Shown here piece by piece: positions 1 to 13,430 of a DNA stretch of 64,000 nucleotides (its first letter is position 1; every line of letters starts with the position of its first letter). Location of the stretch: the NCBI GenBank assembly GCA_964016885.1, contig OZ024743.1:284084001-284148000 (forward strand), in the 5' to 3' direction. The notes beneath the pieces were generated by a model. It did not search any database. It was not told where the DNA came from and was given only the letters and a program-made list of their open reading frames with translations. The stretch is from Eledone cirrhosa. Its lineage: Eukaryota. A program made the translations under genes and the position numbers.

Positions 1-65
1 AATACACATCATGGCCGTCTACACAAGAAAGCATTACTTCTTGCCACGCTTCACCCGTGGCCGAC
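1..65 (-). CDS. CACNA1 (Cav1): Cav1 (L-type Ca channel alpha-1) exon: domain IV pore loop, continues beyond window
   Basis: Minus strand ttgttag|G TCG GCC ACG GGT GAA GCG TGG CAA... = (R)SATGEAWQEVMLSCVDGHDVY. Contains the domain IV selectivity-filter Glu (TGEAW). Phase 2 matches the previous exon ending AG. Confidence 0.96.
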
Positions 66-147
66 CTAACAACAGAAATAAAGGTGTTTTTTTAATACAA
101 TATATATATACATGTAACAATAAAAAATAGACATTATTATTATTATT

Positions 148-345
148 AAGGCGGTGGATTGGCAGTATCGGTAGAGGGTCGGACGCCATGCTTTCCAGCA
201 TAGTTACGTCCCTTTACGATCTGAGTTCAAATCCCGCCGAGGTTGACTTTGCCTTTCATCCTTACGGGGTAGATAAAATAAAGTACCAGTAATGCACTAG
301 GTAATTGCTGGCCTTGTGCCTAAAGTAGAAACAATTATTATTATT
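148..345 (+). mobile_element. tRNA-derived SINE with Meta-like central domain
   Basis: A box (TGGCAGTATCGG), B box (GAGTTCAAATCC), GCCTTTCATCCTTACGGGGTAGATAAAATAAAGTACCAG domain and (ATT)n tail. Confidence 0.85.
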
Positions 346-963
346 AACACTTTCACTTCCCATTCACAACTTCTATGCATTTCAGTCTCATCACTGTTTT
401 TCTGAGCTCCAACAAGTCATCGCTTTCAAAAATTTATAAGGTCAACATTAGAGTTATTTTTATTTTATATATTCAGATGGTATATGAAAATATTGAAAGT
501 AAGAGGTGTCAACCATTTCAGCCAACAAAAGAAATAGTCTTATGATTTGGAATGACAAATTACAAAGTGCACCACTGCTCTAATAGGTTAAAGGAGAAAA
601 GATGGATACTTTCAATAAAAAACATTATTCAAGCCCTAAGTGATAGACTTAATTTATTGCCTTATTTAACACCACCACCTGGTCCTTGGTTGCTATAGCA
701 GAGTCCACTGTATTGCAAGCATTTGGGCCAGGTCTCCAGTTTGAGGATGCCTTCCTCTCTTTCTCCCACCAGTCTTGGAGATCCTGAAAAGGGTCACTGC
801 CCTTTTGGCTCTGACTAAACAATGAAAAATATAATTCACACTTCAAAGATGAATCTTCTGGGAACAATCAATCAAAACAATCAAATAACAATAGTATACT
901 TAGAATATATAGAAACATACATAGTAGTGGTAGTGAAAGGGAATATTACAGTAGTAATTTTAC

Positions 964-1055
964 CTGAATAGTACAAGAACAGCTTGTGGAAAAGTCTGGA
1001 AGTTGTTATTGCTATGAATCTCAGTCGACTCATTTAGTGCGATTCGACCAAATGT
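964..1055 (-). CDS. CACNA1 (Cav1): Cav1 exon: IVS5-P linker and start of pore helix
   Basis: ag|ACA TTT GGT...TTC AG|gtaaa = [30 protein letters not shown](R), 92 nt. Matches vertebrate Cav1 [31 protein letters not shown]. Confidence 0.97.
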
Positions 1056-2046
1056 CTATTTAATAAATATACATAAATGAGAAGATATTTTCAGAAGATA
1101 TATATATATAATACAGTAATTTCAAATGTGAATCTATTGTGATATTTTGATTAAAACAATTATTTTAAATTTGATTAAATAATTTGATTTAATCAAAAAC
1201 TGATTCTTTTGCATATTAAAAACAACAACAAAATAATTTGATATCACTTCCTTTGGGTTGAAATATCAAACACCTATATAATTATTACATGAATATTAGC
1301 CATATTTTAGATATGTTAACAATAAAATTAAACTGTGACATTACCCGCTTTGTATTGTAGTATCAATAGCTCATACCATATCTAAACCCAAGAATTTGGC
1401 CACAAAGAAACCAAAAACATGAATTTCAGTGGTAAAAAAAACAACATCCTTTAGCATGCTGAAAGTGTGTTCTTTCAATATTCCAACAGTCATTTTTCTC
1501 AAACCAGTTAACCAACTATCAGTTCAAAATTGATATCACTTTTCTACACTATATACAAATATAGTGTACATCATCATCATTATTGTTTAATGTCTATTTT
1601 CCATGCTAGCATGGGTTAGGAGTTTATCTTATAATTATAATATCTGTTACAAAATTGTATGTAGTATCATACATCAATTGTATTCATCTTTAACTTTACA
1701 GGGATTGAGCCTTGTCATTTGGAAAATGGAATGTGAATGGGTCTCTGAAGCATGTTTTGTGCAATAGTATTGTTATCTTAACAAAAAATTGCAATATTGT
1801 TCTACAAAAAAACAAAACAAAAAAAAACATTTCTATTTCACTTTGGTACACTGGTTTACACATTTCCAAAACATTATAAACAAATCTTTTTGCAGTTTTA
1901 AACAACAATCAATTTAAATATGACACCTACTGCATCACACTAATCTAAAATAAAATTGATATATTTCTAATTTGTGCATATTTATATGATTATATATGTA
2001 AGTGTGTAATGAGTTTTGGTGTGTATGTATAAGAAAATTTACTTAC

Positions 2047-2112
2047 CTGCATACCAATGACTGCATAGATAAAGAACAACATGACAATTAACAGAGCAAC
2101 ATATGGCAGAGC
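2047..2112 (-). CDS. CACNA1 (Cav1): Cav1 exon: IVS5
   Basis: ttttacag|GCT...CAG|gtaagt = ALPYVALLIVMLFFIYAVIGMQ, 66 nt, phase 0/0. The ALPYVALLI motif is typical of Cav1. Confidence 0.98.
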
Positions 2113-2639
2113 CTGTAAAAGAGATAAAGAGAAACGGAATAAGACTAATGATAAAATATAACAGTGCTGGTTAAGTTATTTGATAAAAAGAGCTACATAT
2201 GATATTTTTTACTTTCAGGAGCAGCAAATTTTATTATTTTTAAACTATATTTTTTATAAATAAGAATATATATTGTGATATAGTTTTATTCAAAGTAGAT
2301 TGATTAATCTCTACTCATTGAAGGCTTTTATAGTCTTCATTTTTGCAGTGAATACATAAATATTCAGTTTGTAAGCTGTTAAAACTGTTGTAAGACACAC
2401 AGTAGGTTGAATGTTACTCAGAATAGCACAGTATTTTGACTTAACAAATTTCATCATAGGAAAGAGAGACTCACACCAGTAAGTAGTCCCAGAACAGAGA
2501 GGAGTTAGAAGCCAGTATTATGGCAACGACAATACTTCTGGGATTTGTTTACCACATTAGAGATGAGCTTTTATCTACTAACTTTAAACCCACCCTCTTC
2601 TACAGTTTAATAAGTTTTGTTTCTATTGAAACAATATCC

Positions 2640-3450
2640 AAAGCTTAAGGTGCAGTAACATGACATTCATTGTTGATACCACCAATCAGAAAAACAAATT
2701 CACAAGAAATTCATGGCATTGCTTTAGCTTCTTTAGTTTCCCAAACCTGATCTCAAAATCATCATAAAGTGTTTCTAAGTTTCCTTAATACTGTTTGAAT
2801 TTACTGCCAATGATTCAAACATGAAGAAAACATTTATTCTCTATTTTTGGTTGGGAAAGTAATCCAATTTCTTTGTTATCATATTTTAAAAAAGAATCTG
2901 GGGAAGTTCTGTAATACATTGTTCTTTTCTTGAGGTGTTAGATTTAAATATTGGAGGTGCTGCATTACATCTGTGAAGAATATCAGATCCTGTACCCATT
3001 CATGATTTTTTAGTTGTGAATAATATTTTCTTTTCTTGAAAGAAATTATTCGTTCCAAAAGAGCAAAAAACTTATTCAAAATATTGCTAGATGATAGCTA
3101 TCTTTCAATACAGTAGAATGAAAGGTTACTTGGTTTTTCCTCAAGTTGCTTCTTAAATTTTCTAAATTCATGGTGTGTTTTTGCTCTTGTTTTAATAAAA
3201 TTCTTAATTTTTAAAACACTATGGCATCATTGAATTTGAAGTGCTTGCTTACTAAATGGTCTCAGTGGAAGATACAATGAATTGAAAGACATTCAGGATA
3301 GTTGAGATATCATGTCAAAAGTCTGTCTGTTGCAATACTAACAAGTTTATGCAGTCGTACATGAGCTTTCTCAAGGGCATTTTTTTATGTCAAGTTTTCA
3401 TTGTCTCCTTTATGCTTTTATATTTTCATTTGTAATACAGTGAAGAGATA
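2640..3450 (-). mobile_element. Decayed hAT (SPIN/Buster-like) transposase fragment
   Basis: Remnant motifs IHCIFH, R*LSS (RWLS) and QLKNHEWVQDLIFFTDVMQHLQYLNL, with stops and frameshifts. Confidence 0.7.
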
Positions 3451-3467
3451 TAGCTAGTTGAGGGGTA

Positions 3468-3830
3468 TCATCCTCATCCTCATTTTTACATCCATTTTTC
3501 GATGCTTTGACAGGTCCTTCTTAACATGGCATCTCTGCTTCTTGTGTTCCTTTGTCATCTCCTCTGTGAGTCACAGTGATTTGAAGTTAGCGCTCACAAC
3601 CTCTACCCAGGTCTCCCTTGGTCTACCTTTACTGCAGCTTCCTTCCACTGGAATTTCCTGGCACTTCTTCACCCTACGATCATTGTCCATGCACATCACA
3701 TGTCCATACCAATGCAGTCTTCTCTCCTGCACACAACCTCAGATTCCTCTTAAACCCAACTTCTTCCTCAGCCTATTAAAGCTCTGCCTTTCTCTCACAC
3801 TTACATTGCACATCCAACGAAGCATCTTGA
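3468..3830 (-). mobile_element. RTE LINE 3' fragment
   Basis: MLRWMCNVSVRERQS...RLHWYGHV...GRPRETW C-terminal RTE motifs with a (GAT)-like tail. Confidence 0.85.
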
Positions 3831-4197
3831 CTATTAAACTGAAGGCAACATAGTTTTTCAGGACAGCCCTATTTTCAGAAATATGTCTCTTAGTAGGGTG
3901 GCAGGAAATAACAATTTCTCCTGTTGTTTCTCTTAGTGGAGCAAGAACTGCTATAACATCACTAATATTCTTCTTTAGAAATTTTCTATGACTGTAAATG
4001 AACCTGAGCAATATTCCAAGCTATAACATAGCTAGTTCCAGTAATCAAATCACTTTACTTACAGGAGAGTAAGGTATTTTGTTGACTAAGTTCGACTTCA
4101 AAATTTTTATTTTATTTCTTTGCAGTTCAGATTCAGGAGGAAAGAGTCCTAACTGCAGCCCAAATATTTACCAAAATAACAAAAGTAGATATTATAC

Positions 4198-4320
4198 CTG
4201 GAATGACTTGATGAAGGTCCAGAGCAGAGTACGGATGCCCTCTCCTCGGCTCAGCAGTTTAACTAATCTCATAACACGGAATAGACGGAAGAAATTGATA
4301 CTGATGATTGGAGAGCCTGG
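4198..4320 (-). CDS. CACNA1 (Cav1): Cav1 exon: IVS4 voltage sensor and S4-S5 linker
   Basis: ttttacag|CCA...CAG|gtataa = [41 protein letters not shown], 123 nt. The [16 protein letters not shown]...FIKSFQ pattern points to Cav1 rather than Cav2. Confidence 0.98.
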
Positions 4321-4409
4321 CTGTAAAACAGACACACATAAATATAAAAATATTAGTGAATTTTGATAGCATTTGCAAAATATTTAAGAATCATCCTTGA
4401 AAATATTAT

Positions 4410-4470
<61 letters not shown>

Positions 4471-5519
4471 TATATAGCATCATCATAATTTAATGTCAGT
4501 TTTTCTGCTAGCAAGGGTTTGACATGGATGATTCCTGTTCTCCCTGCAATTTTGTATGGTGCAGGGAGAAGAGGTGTCTGATATGACCCGAGAGAGAAAC
4601 AATATGAACAAAAACACACACAAATACACACACATATATATAAATAAAATTTCATACAGACATGAGTTAATTTGGCTAATTTGGCACAAATTAGAAGAGA
4701 TCTTTTTAAAAGTCAGATTTTTACACATACCTACACACACACATATATATATATATATATATTATATGCATACATGTAAACACACATATCTATATAGGTG
4801 TGGGTATAAATGACAGAAAAGAACAATCAATACACAATGTGGAAGTTTGACATATTTCTGCATTAACTGTGGCTTCATGGCCATAAACACATCTAACTCC
4901 TTCAGGTGCCTTCTTGAAATAAGATTTCTTGAAAGGCATCTGAAGGAATTAAGTCTGTTTACTATAAAACCACAGTTAATGCAGAAAAAGGTTAAACTGT
5001 TAACACACGTATATCATCATAATTTAACGTCCGTTTTCCTTGCTATATGCCATATGATTCAACTCACAGAAATAATTCAAATTGTTAACACACACACACA
5101 TCATCATCATCATTTAACTCTGTTTCCCCAGCCACATTACCATACAACACAGCTCATCCCCACGCAAACCAATTTAGAATAGCATCAAATTTAATTTTAT
5201 TTCAATAAATTAGTCATCATAATAATTAAATAAAAAGCTTTTAAGAAATTTAGGGTCATTAAACTAATTATCTGGAAGAAATGTTGTACTTATTAAATGA
5301 AATGATTTCAACAAAACAATTTTATCTTTCTATATTCAATTACTATAGGTATAAATTGTATTCCTATTCTAATCTCTCTCAATATATATATATATTTCAT
5401 TCTCTCTCTCTCACACACACATATATATATAAATACATATACATAGCATGGAAAATGGATGTTAAACAGTGATAATGATGATGATACATATTTACTTATA
5501 TATGTGTATGTGTGCTATT

Positions 5520-5960
5520 TAAGCTGAAAGAAGGCACTGTGCTCCTAGTCTTTGCAACCACTCCAGCCATGCTGTTAATAATCTGTTTGAACTGTTGCAA
5601 ATTGACAACTGGAAGAGAGACATATTCAAGGAAGAAATTCCAGGAAGGCTGATATGTTTTTGACAAAAGGGAATATGTGTATTGTGTGAGGTCTAGAGTG
5701 GTGGAGAAAAAATGGAGGAGGAAGAGATACATGTGACTCAGTGGAGGTTGCATGAAATCAACCAGTTCCAAGGAGCAAAGACCATTGTTGTAATGGTGAA
5801 AACGACAGAAAGAGGAGATAGCAGAGGTGTGTGTGTGTGTAGCAGCAGTACAATTCCAGTTGGGAGTAGTACGCCATTGTGGGTCACACCTGAGCTTTGT
5901 AGCAATAACTGGTGGATGAACTATGTTTTGGCTTTGAAGAGACAGGCCAATCTTTAGGAT
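5520..5960 (-). mobile_element. Old CR1/L2/Jockey-type LINE 3' fragment
   Basis: Degenerate YKAQV*PTMAY and WN...PVVNLQQFKQIIN C-terminal LINE motifs. Confidence 0.6.
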
Positions 5961-6490
5961 ACAATCTTTACTATGTTAAGAATATATGTTGGCCAGGAGA
6001 GATACTGATTATGAGACTTAGCATTTGAAGTCAATCTGTGGGCTCTAGCTGTATGTTGCTCCTGTTTAAGTTGGGATGGGGGAAGCAATAAGGTTTTTTT
6101 GATATGTGCAGTAATTGTGCTTTCTTTTGCTGTTGAAGTAGACAAGATTGGAGAATGTGTTTAAGGTCTCAGTTCATGAAATCAGGTAAAAAAAAAGTGG
6201 GTGACTTGGGGCTTTGAGTTCGAGATGTGTGTGAGATGTTAAGGAACATACCTCACTTACCAAGCTGTTTCTGATAATTCAGTGGTAAAATGTGTGTGCT
6301 GCCAGGGATGGTTGGCATAAAACTGATAGGGCTACAATCATTAATCTAACTTGAGTTGCTATAGGGTCTGGAAGATGGTGGTGGGGATTGTGTAGTATAT
6401 GGATATAATAATGGGTAGTTGCAATAAGACAGTGGTTAGATGACCTGAAACTGTAGAGATGGTTATGGTCTGGAAAAGGCTATATATCCT

Positions 6491-6578
<88 letters not shown>

Positions 6579-7630
6579 CTGTGTGTATGTAATAAATTTG
6601 AAAATAGATAGACCATTTGTTGAATATATAATGTAGACATGGAAAAGGCAGTGAATTGGTAAAGACAATGTGTTGGATAGAATGGTTAGTGGTATTTATT
6701 CCAGCTCTATGTGCTCTGAGTTCATATCCCAATGAACTCAATTTTGCCTTTCATTTTTCTTTACAATGAATGAAATACAAGTCTAGGATGATATCATTAA
6801 TATCATCATCATCATCATCATCATTGTTGTTTTAATGTTTGCTGATAATGATATCGTAGATGAAAGACAAAGTTTAGCTCATCTAGGATGATGCATTGGC
6901 AGAATTGTGAAAGCATCAGATGAAATGTCTTTTGGTATCTGTTTCAAATTTTTGCATTCTGACAATACCTGCAATGATACTAATGTATTGGCCCTTGCCT
7001 TTCCCTTTGGTGTACTAAGAGTAGACACTTGCAAGTATGGGCAGCTGCTGATCTTCCTTATAAAAAAATTGCCCAGGCTTATGCCATGGAGTAACATTTT
7101 TCTGAGGCAGATCCATGACTTTACAAGACATATGGATGTCTGATATCTTGATACATTAAAGTAGAGAATAAATATTTTCTTTATCACATTTTATATATTT
7201 AAAAATATTATATATATATTTTTCATGTATAAAATATAGCCCTTGCTCTACTCTGCATGGTATTTTTCTATATCATGTAGAGATAAGTAGGATTTGAAGA
7301 GAAAGACTGCAAAACCGATGCCAGCCCACACAATAAATAAATTCATATTGGTTTATAAATATAAAAACATTACTGTACATATATGTGTCAAACACTATAT
7401 ATTTTCTGATATTAGTGATATCATTTATCAACCATGATAATATATATATATATATATATTATTTTGTGACACTAAAACATAAAAGTAATAAATACAATCT
7501 TATGTTGAAAGTGTGTAGAATCTGATGTATGTTAATTTATTTGAGATAAACAGGAATTACATACTATTTACCATGATTTTGTTCAACTGTACAGGTCAGC
7601 AATTTGGGTAAATCCTGCTTTCCTGCTTAT

Positions 7631-7674
<44 letters not shown>

Positions 7675-8306
7675 TCAGAGAGTTTACTATGTAAAAACAG
7701 TTAACAAAACAAAAGTGCATACACATTCATACACATATGCATATGTATACATTTACTTTTTTTTTTAAATACCAACATATACACATATGCACACACATGC
7801 ACATACATATACTGAAATAAAATAAATCAATGTTCTCTTTTGTTTGTGTTCCAACAAAAACTTACCAATAGAATTCAAAACAGAAAACTTTCCATACTTA
7901 CAAATATTTCCAAGAAGTGATTGGATATATGAATAGCACCATTTAGGCAGAGGAAAATGGAAACGATTATAGTTTCTGACAGATGCCACAGATAACAGTG
8001 GAAGATATTTTGAAGTTGTTATTTTAATAAAGAAAGGCAAAGTCTATGAACATATTTCAGCAAAATTGCAGAATCTATCTATATTTTTATGTTCAAACTT
8101 GTTACACACTAGAAACTGTCACTATTTGAATAAAATATTGTAGATGATAAAATTAAATGCTTATATTAACACCAAAAGTAGATAGTTAGTATGAGATGGT
8201 ATCTTAACGGTAACAAGTTAGGATTTTTTCAATAGTGCTAATGTGTGTAAATATGTGGATGCATGCATGAACTATATAGAGAGAAAAAAGCGAGCAAAAG
8301 ACAGTG

Positions 8307-8363
<57 letters not shown>

Positions 8364-8373
8364 TTATATATAT

Positions 8374-8419
<46 letters not shown>

Positions 8420-9572
8420 GCGGGGAGGAGAAGTCAGCTTTGACTAACTATATTTCGAGTTGTGTAACAAATATTTTCTTCCCTAAAGATATAAGATGAA
8501 AGCTTTTTGAAGCAATTCATATGAGAACTTCCTAAATGGATGAATTTTAAAGATGAAAAAAAGTTGAACGCTAGATTAGTTATTAGACACTGTTTTGATC
8601 TAAGACATGTGAGAAAAGTAGCAGGAGTTCCATTAAAATTTCAATAATTGAGTTTATATCTTGATTGAAGTAGAAATAGAATGGCAAAATAAAAACAAGA
8701 ATGCTCTATCACAAAATGGTCACTGAAAGTTTTATTTTTCTAAACAAACTAAAGAATATTTTCAAGATAATAAAAATATTGTTTGTTTGTTTGTTTGTGT
8801 TTGTGTTTGTGTGTGTGTGTGTGTGTGTGTACACATATGTTTATTGTTTCACAGAAGAGATTAAAAGTACTCAATACATGGAATATAATTATTCATTGCA
8901 CTATGTTAGCAAAGTTTAGAAATGAAATTATCCAGAGATGCTATCTATTCAAACGTTAATGCTAATATATCTAATGGCTAGAACATTAAAAAGCTAACTA
9001 GAAATACATATATAGTGCGAGAAAAAAATATTTAGTAAATGATTAATATTATGTTTTCATTTTCTGGCCAAGTACAGGAAACAACTCTGAAAGATTTACT
9101 CTACCTAAAGTACATTATGTCCAATATACATCCAAAGATGATATTTGACATAACAGCACATTAAACCTTATACATCTCTATTACGATTGACCAGTGTGAG
9201 AATTTTAAACATTCTTTTTAATTATTATATTAAGTTTTTATTTCCTAAATTTACTATTATTCATATTCCTGATATCTGCTAATGCAAATATTTAGTAATA
9301 TACAATGTATATGTAAAGATCTATTGTTTCTTGTTCTTGAAGTGTTTCTTTTTTTTTTATTTTCAATATAAGTAGTTTCTCAGAACCTCTACATAGTATA
9401 TCTATGCAATGCCACATACCAGTATAAAATTGATACAGATAAAAAAGGGCTTCAAAGTAGATTATTATGATTATATATGTACCAATTTTATTTCAAATTC
9501 AGTATAAATAGTTAGAAGGTAAAACTAACATAACTTATTGTGAGTGTGTATTTATTATTAGTACAGATTAAA

Positions 9573-9626
9573 AGTTTAAGCAATGAATTTCTGCTTTCAC
9601 CCTAAGCAGGATCATCATCTGAAACT
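9573..9626 (-). ncRNA. Hammerhead-like motif, CAGANGA-core family (older copy)
   Basis: AGTTT-CAGATGA-(TGA)TCCTGCTTAGGGT-GAAA-GCAG AAATTCA TTGC-TT-AAACT; homologous to 48436-48486. Confidence 0.5.
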
Positions 9627-10320
9627 GAGAAAAATCAATCTGTTGACACAGAACTAAATATATAAAAAAAAAATTACGACAAAATATTGTCTTTAGAAAA
9701 CAAGAAGACATAATGGTAGTGCCTGAGGACGTTCTCTTGAGATGAGCGAAATGTATGCAAGGAGAATTATGTCATTATGTGAGGTGGGAAGAACAAATTT
9801 TTGCTATGAAAAAATCATAAGGAGACTAATATTTTTTTTAGAATAGCTGAATAATTTCCATCTACTATATATGGAAAATGATTAATAATAGTAAAATATA
9901 AAATGATTAAACATAAAATACTGAAGGTATTAATAATAGTAATAATAATGAAAATATTTCTAGTAAATCTGAAAACATTGCTATTAAAGATATATATAGA
10001 GAAAGAAGAAAGAGGCATATATCTCTTGAGAAACACAGCATTTTTTACACATATATAGAGCATATATAAAGTTTTTTATTGATTATTTGCTCTATATATG
10101 TGTACAAAATGGTATGTATTTTTCCAAAGATATATGCCTTTCTCCTCTCTATATATCTATTAAACTTGCATAATTGCTGCTCTGAACTAAGCGGTTCATT
10201 GAGATTTTTTCTTATTGAGAAACATGATCGTTACATAGTTAATATGTATTGAAATGCTTCTCTGAGTTTATCTTTTCATTGAGATGTTTGAATATATTAG
10301 AGACATATAACTTTCTGTTT

Positions 10321-10354
<34 letters not shown>

Positions 10355-12755
10355 AACTGTTCATAGTTTAAAAGCTGGTATAACCACAAACCAGGGTAGT
10401 ACTTGATGCATGTTAAATTGCACGGATGATGTGTGTATATATATATATATTTGGCTACACCTATTTACCAAAATTACAAAAGTTCACAACCAGAAAATGA
10501 TGTGAAAATTACTAATCAAAAACAAATTGGTTCAGGTATATATTATGAGGTTGGCATATTGACACTAACAAAATAGTTTTAATAAAAAGATTAATCCAAA
10601 ATGGAATTTAGTTGCTTTTCTATAAAAGTCTTGTGTATTTGATGGGAGTAACAATAGCTTAATGACTCGCATGTTTTCCAGGTACTATTTTAAAAATTAT
10701 ATTATTATTAAATACTAACAAAGTAGATTAATCTTGTCTATATATATATTTTCAACTTATAGAATAAAATAATTCATTACCCCTTTCTCTCCCTCTCTAC
10801 AAATAGTGAATAAACTCAACTGAATCATGAGTTTTATTTGGTTTGACTAAATATTTTGTTGAGCTCCAATATATTGTAATTTCAGAAGCTCCAAGACCTA
10901 ACAGAACACAAAAGAAAAACATCATTTTGTTTTTAACTACTTATGCATACTTTGTATAGAGATATTTAAAAAAGATTATAGTTTGAAGAAATTTGAATTC
11001 CCCTCAGCAGTTGAGGAGAAAACAAATTCTATGAAATCTATCTGAAAATGGAAAATAAATGACATTAACAGACTTTGACAGTTACCAAGATGAACATTAT
11101 TTAATAAAGTAATTACCATTGCAAATAGAAAGAAAAAGAAAGAAAAAAGCTGTGGTTACTAAGTCTGGTAAATGGTGTTTTGAATAGTTACCAGCATTAA
11201 CCAAACTCAGTATCAACTGCCATCCATAATCGGACAACAAAATATAAATAAGAAAATACAACCACAAAAGCATTTACATATAAAAGTAAGAGACCTGATA
11301 AATATATAAGGAGCTCATTATCAGTTTGAGCAAAACCATGAAAACAAGAAACAGTCATATCTCAGAAAAAAAATTCATATATACAAACAATAAAGAATTA
11401 AAAAGAAAAAAAAAAACACACACACAATAGGAAAATAATTAATAAAATGTTCAACAAGATACAGGTAGGTAATAAACTGTGCTTATTAATATAATATATT
11501 TGATGAATGAATGGCAATATATCAATTAAAATGGGTAAGCTAACAATTTCATTGAAGATATTTTAGTATTAGATTCACAGAAAATTGTTTATTTTTCACA
11601 CAAATTAAAATACACATATATTTGAATTACTTGGAATTAATTACATTTACTAATCACATTTGATACATTCTATAAAATCAATTATTGTAATTCAATTTTT
11701 TTCACTACTTTTTGTTCCTTTTTATTTTTTTTTAAACAGAAAATTAAGTATATTTTATTGATAATATGACAAACCTTTAATCAGGGTATAATATCTTGTA
11801 AGCTATTTACTGAGGTTACATAAATTCTCACATGAAACTCAATCTCAAGATTTAACTATTTATGCTAAGACTAAATCTATAGTTTTGGGTACTAACGCCC
11901 AATAGAATAGATAATGGTTTCCACCTTGTTACCAATACTGTGTTATATTCTGAGCAAAGGCAACCTCCAGTTTATCAGTGTAAGCTATAAGAAGAAATAT
12001 GTAATTGATAAGGTGTTTTTTTTTGTTTTTTTTTACTAATATACATGTCTGATCTCAGATATTAAGGAGAGAAAACAATCTAAGTGATTTTAGAGAGCAA
12101 GGTATTGTGGCCAGTACAAACCAGGGAATGGGTTGGTGAGTCAGTTGGCATGGACTTATGACTTTGAGTGAGCTTACACAATTCAAGTTCTTGCTCTTTT
12201 ACTTACAATGTTTTTACGTCCACTTTTCCATGCTGGTTTGAGACAATGTTTTATAATCAGATGCCCTTCCTGACACCAACCCTTTTAGTCACTTCTTACA
12301 ACATGCAGGGATAAGGCATACATATTCTAAAAACTGGGATACACATATGCATATATATATCTACTCACATGTAACCTGTACATGAATCATACTTATTTAT
12401 CACTGATGACCTGAATACTTAATGAGCAGATTGAAATGGAGCCTACATTTCACATATGGCATGGGCCTATCAGCAGCTTTGGTGGGAGGGTGGGGGAAAC
12501 ATACTTTTTTAATTTACTTTAATTTCATTACCAATTGAAATAAGTGAACTTAATTTTGAAGTGACCAAATCCTACTAAGGAAATTATCAAAATACAAGAG
12601 TGTTATATTATCAAAATATCTATATCCCTTATCAGTGGATATGTTGCTAGCCTATCATAAGTTAACATTTCCAGAAGACCTGGTACCCATTCTTCATCTT
12701 GACAAATTCTATGAATTAGAATTAAGTGCTTTTGTCAAGAGGAGCACAAAATAAT

Positions 12756-12877
12756 TGTTTCTACTTTAGGAATTACCCAGTGCATTACTGGTACTTTATT
12801 TTATCGACCCCGTAAGGATGAAAGGCAAAGTAAACCTCGACGGGATTTGAACTCAGACCGTAAAGGGACGTAACTAT
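12756..12877 (-). mobile_element. 5'-truncated Meta-like SINE with 19-bp target-site duplication
   Basis: AAGAGGAGCACAAAATAAT at 12737-12755 and 12878-12896 flanks a reverse copy of the SINE at 148-345. Confidence 0.88.
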
Positions 12878-13048
12878 AAGAGGAGCACAAAATAATGTTT
12901 GCAGTGAAGAGCTATGAGCCACCTGTCTGGGTTTATGTAAAAGCTCTACCCCAATCACGTAATGATATTTTTATATACATGCTTTAAATATAAATATAAT
13001 TTGTTTATATAAGTAAATAAACAATTATGTATTAATAACAATGATAAT

Positions 13049-13430
13049 AATTGTTTCTATATTTGACACAAGACCACCAACTATCCCAGTGCATTACTGG
13101 TTCTTTATTTTATCAACCCCGTAAGGATGAAAGGCAAAGTTAACCTCGGCGGGATTTGAACTCAGATCATAAAGGGAGGTAACTCTATGCTTCAAAGCAT
13201 GGCGTCTGACCCTCTACTGATACTGCCAATCCACCGAATAATGTTTCTGATTTAGGCACAAGGCCAACAATTTTTAGGGAAGGAGAAGTCAATTAAATTG
13301 ACCCCAAAAGGATGAAAGGCAAAACTAACCTGGATGGGATTTGAACTTTACAAATCAGAATGTAAAGGGCTGTAACTATATGTCACAAAACATGTTGTCT
13401 GACATACTACTAATACTACCAATCCATGGT
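13049..13430 (-). mobile_element. Two tandem Meta-like SINE copies
   Basis: Reverse complements of the 148-345 family (GGATGAAAGGCAAAG...GGATTTGAACTCAG). More decayed copies lie near 6650, 14200, 20950, 26550, 26850, 28240-28800 and 32800. Confidence 0.8.

Noticed and set aside
4079-4366. Plus-strand 95-aa ORF
   Set aside because: Antisense shadow of the Cav1 IVS4 exon.
6261-6270. 10-nt segment with AG/GTAAGT splice sites
   Set aside because: Lies in decayed LINE-like sequence and would shift the frame; shows the chance rate of such motifs.
9719-9765. CTGAGGA...GAAA-TGTATG possible hammerhead
   Set aside because: No UH cleavage site and no stem I pairing; at best a fossil.
12398-12460. CTGATGA...GAAA possible hammerhead
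   Set aside because: Stems are short and irregular and there is no cassette context; cannot be told from chance.
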